Shown here: positions 1 to 2,303 of the stretch, piece by piece
Layout: every line of letters begins with the position of its first letter
How positions within the stretch are numbered: position 1 is the stretch's first letter
Origin: Naegleria gruberi
Taxonomy: Eukaryota
Assembly (NCBI GenBank): GCA_000004985.1
Contig: GG739273.1
Reading direction: 5' to 3' (one strand)
Length of the DNA stretch: 2,303 bases
Translations under genes and position numbers: made by a program
The notes under the pieces: model-generated
Seen by the model: the letters and a program-made list of their open reading frames with translations, nothing else
What the model was told of the DNA's origin: nothing
The model's database searches: none

Positions 1-2
1 TG

Positions 3-170
3 GGAAGTAGTATTCTGAGTAAATATGGATTGAGTGGTGCTTATATCAATTTTAAGGATTGCAAAACAATTGAAACAGTTATGGATGCATACAATTTTGG
101 ATGCTCCCATGGTTTTAATGAAACAATTACCAAATCATGTTCAAATGGAGTTTCTTTCAAGTGTTTCTAA
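3..170 (+). CDS. Possible 3' end of an upstream coding region or exon. Frame 3 is open from the window edge (...SGAYINFKDCKTIETVMDAYNFGCSHGFNETITKSCSNGVSFKCF) and ends at TAA 168-170
   Basis: Frame 3 is uninterrupted from nt 3 to the TAA at 168-170 (55 codons). The stop overlaps an AATAAA hexamer (171-176). The peptide is Cys-containing and not low-complexity. I recognise no domain, and no start codon is visible inside the window. Confidence 0.25.
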   Translation, partial: GSSILSKYGLSGAYINFKDCKTIETVMDAYNFGCSHGFNETITKSCSNGVSFKCF

Positions 171-176
171 ATAAAA
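168..176 (+). promoter_or_regulatory. TAAATAAA: stop codon fused to an AATAAA-like polyadenylation hexamer
   Basis: The literal motif taaataaaaac directly follows the open frame-3 tail. AATAAA is the canonical eukaryotic poly(A) signal, but in AT-rich DNA it also occurs by chance. Confidence 0.2.
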
Positions 177-406
177 ACAAGCGAATTGGTTCCACCAAGA
201 AGGCAAATTCAAACAAATTCTCTATTTACCTTACCTGTTGGACAATGGAATCACCTCAATGTGTTTGATATTTAGATATCAAATAACAATAATCTAATTG
301 ATTTGTGCCTCTTCGCACAATAGTCAAAGATAATCATGTTGTTATTACAACAGTTTCAAATGTAGTATTAAGGCACTGGTTTGGTCCTAATCCAGACGGA
401 TTATGC

Positions 407-812
407 ATGAGGGGTTCATTTAGCACACAATGAAAATTTTGAGGTTTTCCGCACTATTGGTACAAAAAAGAATGGTCTTGCTCCTTCAGTGAACGTAAAC
501 CTTACAGTTTCTAATAGTTTTTCAGTATGGCTCAAGAGTCCTTATGGAGGTATTCCACTTGCTTTCAGTGTCAATGGTAATAACATATCGCGTCTTTGCT
601 TCCAACATTTGGAGACACTTGGTGTTTGTTTTTAGGACAGATGGTACAGATCTCTATTTAGATGGTTCGTTATTCAAGACTAGTTCAACTTCTATTGCTT
701 CAAAGAATTTGAACGATGGCAAGTTGACCATTGGTGGACACAACGCTGGTACTATTATAACACTGGTTATGTTGCCAACGTCATGATTTTCACAAAGGCA
801 CTCTGCCTCTGA
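407..812 (+). pseudogene. Concanavalin-A-like lectin/glucanase-fold (LamG_3 / pentraxin-like jelly-roll) domain gene. It is disrupted by frameshifts, running frame 2/3 -> frame 1 -> frame 3, and has no uninterrupted start-to-stop ORF
   Basis: Frame 3, 411-584: GVHLAHNENFEVFRTIGTKKNGLAPSVNVNLTVSNSFSVWLKSPYGGIPLAFSVNGNN. Frame 1, 586-750: YRVFASNIWRHLVFVFRTDGTDLYLDGSLFKTSSTSIASKNLNDGKLTIGGHNAG. Frame 3, 750-812: YYYNTGYVANVMIFTKALCL* with TGA at 810-812. Joined, these follow the LamG_3/pentraxin pattern in order: f-T-v-s-a-W-v-k, then r-f-s-v-n-g, then W-x-H-v-a-v-t-y-d-g...l-Y-v-n-G, then l-x-i-G, then f-n-G-x-i-D-e-v-r-i-y-n-r-a-L. Frame 3 is closed by TGA at 408-410 and has no Met in 411-576. 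An ATG at 407-409 (frame 2) sits immediately before a GGGG run (411-414). Removing one G gives M-R-V-H-L-A-H-N-E-N-F... and, with the two other indels corrected, a ~135-aa single-domain ORF. There are no in-frame stops within any of the three domain-bearing segments. Confidence 0.6.
544..786 (+). CDS. ORF-track 80-aa ORF. This is the frame-1 middle segment of the frameshifted LamG_3-like gene. Its Met at 544 is probably not a genuine start
   Basis: It contains the WRH...LYLDG...LTIGG core of the domain. Its N-terminal 14 codons (MEVFHLLSVSMVIT) overlap the better-supported frame-3 reading (SPYGGIPLAFSVNG). Its C-terminal 12 codons (TIITLVMLPTS*) overlap the better frame-3 reading (YYNTGYVANVMIFTKAL). 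Confidence 0.4.
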   Translation: MEVFHLLSVSMVITYRVFASNIWRHLVFVFRTDGTDLYLDGSLFKTSSTSIASKNLNDGKLTIGGHNAGTIITLVMLPTS

Positions 813-929
813 GGTTTCTTCCCTCACTCTCAATAACTACTTTTAAAAATCTATGGCGAATCATTTTTCTCCATAAATTATTGAAATCTCAAATTATCTT
901 ATTAACAAAACCAACAAGAATTCATTTTC

Positions 930-966
930 TTTTTTTTCAAAGCAATTTCAAATAATTTATTTGAAA
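930..966 (+). terminator. T8 run (930-937) followed by a perfect 21-nt AT palindrome TTTCAAATAA-T-TTATTTGAAA (946-966). Candidate 3'-end hairpin or terminator of the upstream lectin-like transcript
   Basis: The reverse complement of tttcaaataa is ttatttgaaa, and the two arms are separated by a single T at 956. The structure lies ~135 nt after the TGA at 810-812. An oligo-T run lies immediately 5' of it (TTTTTNT-like). Confidence 0.2.
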
Positions 967-1202
967 AGAAATACTCCTTGCGGAACAGTGCTCCAATCTT
1001 TCCAAAGTTATACATTAGCGATGGAAACTCCTTTTCTGCCTGACTTGGTTTCAATAACAATTGATTATAGTGTTGATGAGGTGGAAGGAGTAGCTTAGGA
1101 AGAGATACTTGAATAACTAATTATTGTGGTGTGAGGATGATCCATTTTAAGCTTATGCATACTATCGATGAGATTCAATCGTCTTACTTTCTTTACAATT
1201 TA

Positions 1203-1221
1203 ATAATTAATATATATTACA
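1203..1221 (+). promoter_or_regulatory. TATA-like element (ttaataattaatatatatta) about 100 nt upstream of the BTB-gene ATG
   Basis: An AT-only stretch containing TATATAT, upstream of the A-rich leader. Its position is compatible with a core promoter. There is no experimental support. Confidence 0.2.
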
Positions 1222-1278
1222 GCTACAGTAGCCATAAAAGTACTGAAAAAGTAAATACCATTCGTGTGGTTGAATCTA

Positions 1279-1318
1279 AAAATAAAATCACAATAAAACA
1301 AAAAAAACAACAAAAAAT
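1279..1318 (+). promoter_or_regulatory. A-rich 5' leader or initiation context (aaaataaaatcacaataaaacaaaaaaaacaacaaaaaat|ATG)
   Basis: 40 nt of almost pure A with interspersed C directly abuts the ATG at 1319. This is typical of start contexts in AT-rich eukaryotes and of A-rich early-type promoters of large DNA viruses. Confidence 0.3.
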
Positions 1319-2296
1319 ATGCTCTCCTCATCATTTAATAACATGGAGCGTATGCTTGATGATAATCATAATAACCTGATACAAACAGGAGATATGATCA
1401 CTATTCATGTGGACAATAACATATCAAAACCAGCAACATCAACAGAAGGACCTTCGGGAAGTTGTGAGTATTTGACTGGTAAATTTTCAAAGAGGGCCAC
1501 TACACCTTCGTACTACCATCTATTGTACAATGATGCTCCAGTCTGTCCACCCGACTTTATTATCAATATTAAATTAATAGATATGAATATGACTATTGTA
1601 TCTATCAAGGTACACAAAGTATTTTTGGCTTTGGAATCATTGTATTTTAGAACTTTGCTCAATTCGGAATTTACAGAGAGTACTAATTCCGTTGTAGAAT
1701 TTGAATTAACTTCTGTAGAAAAGGATATATTCGAGCAAATTATTTTGAGATATATTTATGGTGAGAGAACTTTGGATATTGACAAAGGCTTACCATATGC
1801 CTGTACATTATGTCTTGCTCACTATTTGCAAATTTCTCCTCTGGAATGCCAACTTTTGCAACAAATGACAAAAACATCAAAGTATACCGAACAACATTTA
1901 TTGTATTATTCACAACTTCGTGATCACTCCATGTTGGCTGTTAATTCTTCCTTCCTTTCACAATCACTGACTGCTTTCGGAAAAGACATTTCAAAGAAAC
2001 GTGATGAAGTTATGAATTTACCAGTGGAATTTTTCTTGTGGCTTGTTTCGTTGGACAATCTGAACGTTAGTAATGAGGATGAAGTTTTTGATCTCATTCA
2101 AGAGTACATTATCAGAAATGAAAAGTCCATCAGACAAAATAATCCAGAAGGATTTGATCAAAAACCTGATATTATTGAACAAGTTTGGTCAAATGTGAGA
2201 GTTTGCTTCCTTTCCGAAACCAAATTGTTGAGCTTTATGGATCAACCATCTATTTCTACAGATCTCAAAATATCAATGCGAGAAAGAAGACAGTGA
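1319..2296 (+). CDS. BTB/POZ + BACK domain protein, 325 aa, with no kelch, MATH or other C-terminal domain. Likely a Cullin-3 substrate-adaptor-like protein
   Basis: The ORF is uninterrupted and ends at TGA 2294-2296. The BTB domain spans about aa 79-185 (nt ~1553-1873): KVHKVFLALESLYFRTLLNSEF...VVEFELTSVEKDIFEQIILRYIYGERTLDI...ACTLCLAHYLQISPLECQ. This matches the aHk-vLaa-S-yF / f-x-x-l-L-x-f-i-Y-t-g / L-x-a-A-x-x-l-x-i-x-x-L-x-x-C blocks. The BACK domain spans about aa 195-310 (nt ~1901-2248): LPVEFFLWLVSLDNLNVSNEDEVFDLIQEYIIRNEKSIR...VWSNVRVCFLSETKLLSFM. The N-terminal 78 aa look Ser/Thr/Asn-rich and possibly disordered. Alternative in-frame Met codons occur at codons 9 and 12. Confidence 0.8.
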   Translation: MLSSSFNNMERMLDDNHNNLIQTGDMITIHVDNNISKPATSTEGPSGSCEYLTGKFSKRATTPSYYHLLYNDAPVCPPDFIINIKLIDMNMTIVSIKVHKVFLALESLYFRTLLNSEFTESTNSVVEFELTSVEKDIFEQIILRYIYGERTLDIDKGLPYACTLCLAHYLQISPLECQLLQQMTKTSKYTEQHLLYYSQLRDHSMLAVNSSFLSQSLTAFGKDISKKRDEVMNLPVEFFLWLVSLDNLNVSNEDEVFDLIQEYIIRNEKSIRQNNPEGFDQKPDIIEQVWSNVRVCFLSETKLLSFMDQPSISTDLKISMRERRQ

Positions 2297-2303
2297 CAGC
2301 ATC

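Noticed and set aside
47-54. tcaatttt on the + strand, which is AAAATTGA (the mimivirus early-promoter octamer) on the - strand
   Set aside because: It is a single occurrence, and one such octamer is not improbable by chance in AT-rich DNA. It would serve a leftward gene lying outside the window, and the two + strand genes lack the motif upstream.
3-410. Reading 3-410 as one continuous frame-3 ORF under a ciliate-type code (TAA/TAG = Gln, TGA = stop). All five internal stops are TAA/TAG and the frame ends at TGA 408-410
   Set aside because: The adjacent 325-aa BTB ORF has ~15 Gln codons, all CAA/CAG, with no TAA/TAG. That is highly unlikely in a TAA/TAG-reassigned genome. The translated stretch 276-407 also looks non-protein-like.
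577-635. Intron-like segment bounded by GTAATAAC... and ...TTGTTTTTAG (59 nt), preceded by another good acceptor-like site tttctaatagtttttcag at 508-525
   Set aside because: There is no AG between 577 and 610, so a shorter intron is impossible. The supposed intron itself encodes, in frame 1, the most conserved block of the lectin fold (VFASNIWRHLVFVFRTDGTDLYLDG). Splicing it out gives either an immediate stop or nonsense. A coding frameshift explains the data better than an intron.
575-760. Programmed ribosomal frameshifting (+1 near 577-590, -1 near 748-757) as the explanation for the frame changes in the lectin-like gene
   Set aside because: No X-XXY-YYZ slippery heptamer is present at the -1 site. 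No recognisable +1 motif (antizyme-like UCC-UGA, Ty-like CUU-AGG-C) or in-frame stop is present at the +1 site. The shifts compensate each other, which is the signature of indel mutations or errors. The alternative is kept only as a low-probability option in the finding.
1149-1169. Cluster of three palindromic hexamers, AAGCTT (HindIII), ATGCAT (NsiI) and ATCGAT (ClaI), within 21 nt. It resembles a polylinker remnant
   Set aside because: There are no flanking vector hallmarks such as lac, ori, resistance genes or primer sites. Palindromic hexamers are frequent in AT-rich DNA, and across a 2.3-kb window one such cluster is not very improbable. I treat it as coincidence.
813-1318. Small RNA genes (tRNA, C/D snoRNA) in the spacer. 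Examples are UGAUGA-like strings at 1071-1077 and 1369-1375, with CUGA at 1376-1379
   Set aside because: There is no tRNA-like T-loop (GGTTCRANYC) or acceptor or anticodon arm geometry. The C/D-box-like strings lack appropriately spaced partners and terminal stems. Spacing of the 1369-1379 pair is far too short.
1131-1379. 82-aa ORF from the six-frame track (MRMIHFKLMHTIDEIQSSYFLYNLIINIYY...)
   Set aside because: It is extremely AT-rich and low-complexity (runs of I/N/Y/K). It spans the TATA-like block and A-rich leader and overlaps the BTB start in another frame. I recognise no domain. It is most likely a chance ORF in promoter DNA.

Overview
This window is AT-rich (roughly two-thirds A+T by eye) and non-bacterial in style. 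It has A-rich leaders before ATG, AGA arginine codons, and a long noncoding spacer. These features fit an AT-rich eukaryote or a nucleocytoplasmic large DNA virus. I cannot tell which from sequence alone, and I see no convincing spliceosomal intron.

Two protein-coding elements are supportable on the + strand.

(1) Positions 1319..2296 hold an intact 325-aa ORF. It encodes a BTB/POZ domain followed by a BACK domain, with no kelch, MATH or other C-terminal module. A TATA-like element lies about 100 nt upstream and a 40-nt A-rich tract immediately precedes the ATG.

(2) Positions ~407..812 hold a concanavalin-A-like/LamG_3-type jelly-roll lectin-fold domain. Its conserved blocks are F-S-V-W-L-K, W-R-H...L-Y-L-D-G, L-T-I-G-G and Y-N-T-G-Y-V-A-N-V-M-I-F-T-K-A-L. 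These blocks are spread over three reading frames (frame 3, then frame 1, then frame 3). That is consistent with two or three single-nucleotide indels, one plausibly in a G4 run right after an ATG at 407. I read it as a recently frameshifted pseudogene or a locally error-ridden gene. The ORF-track ORF 544..786 is just its middle frame segment.

Upstream of this, 3..272 contains an open frame-3 tail and a second, weaker LamG-like W-N-H motif broken by stops, possibly an older decayed module. The ~500-nt spacer between the two genes has a T8 run followed by a perfect 21-nt AT palindrome, a candidate hairpin terminator.

I found no RNA genes, CRISPR arrays, or mobile-element hallmarks.
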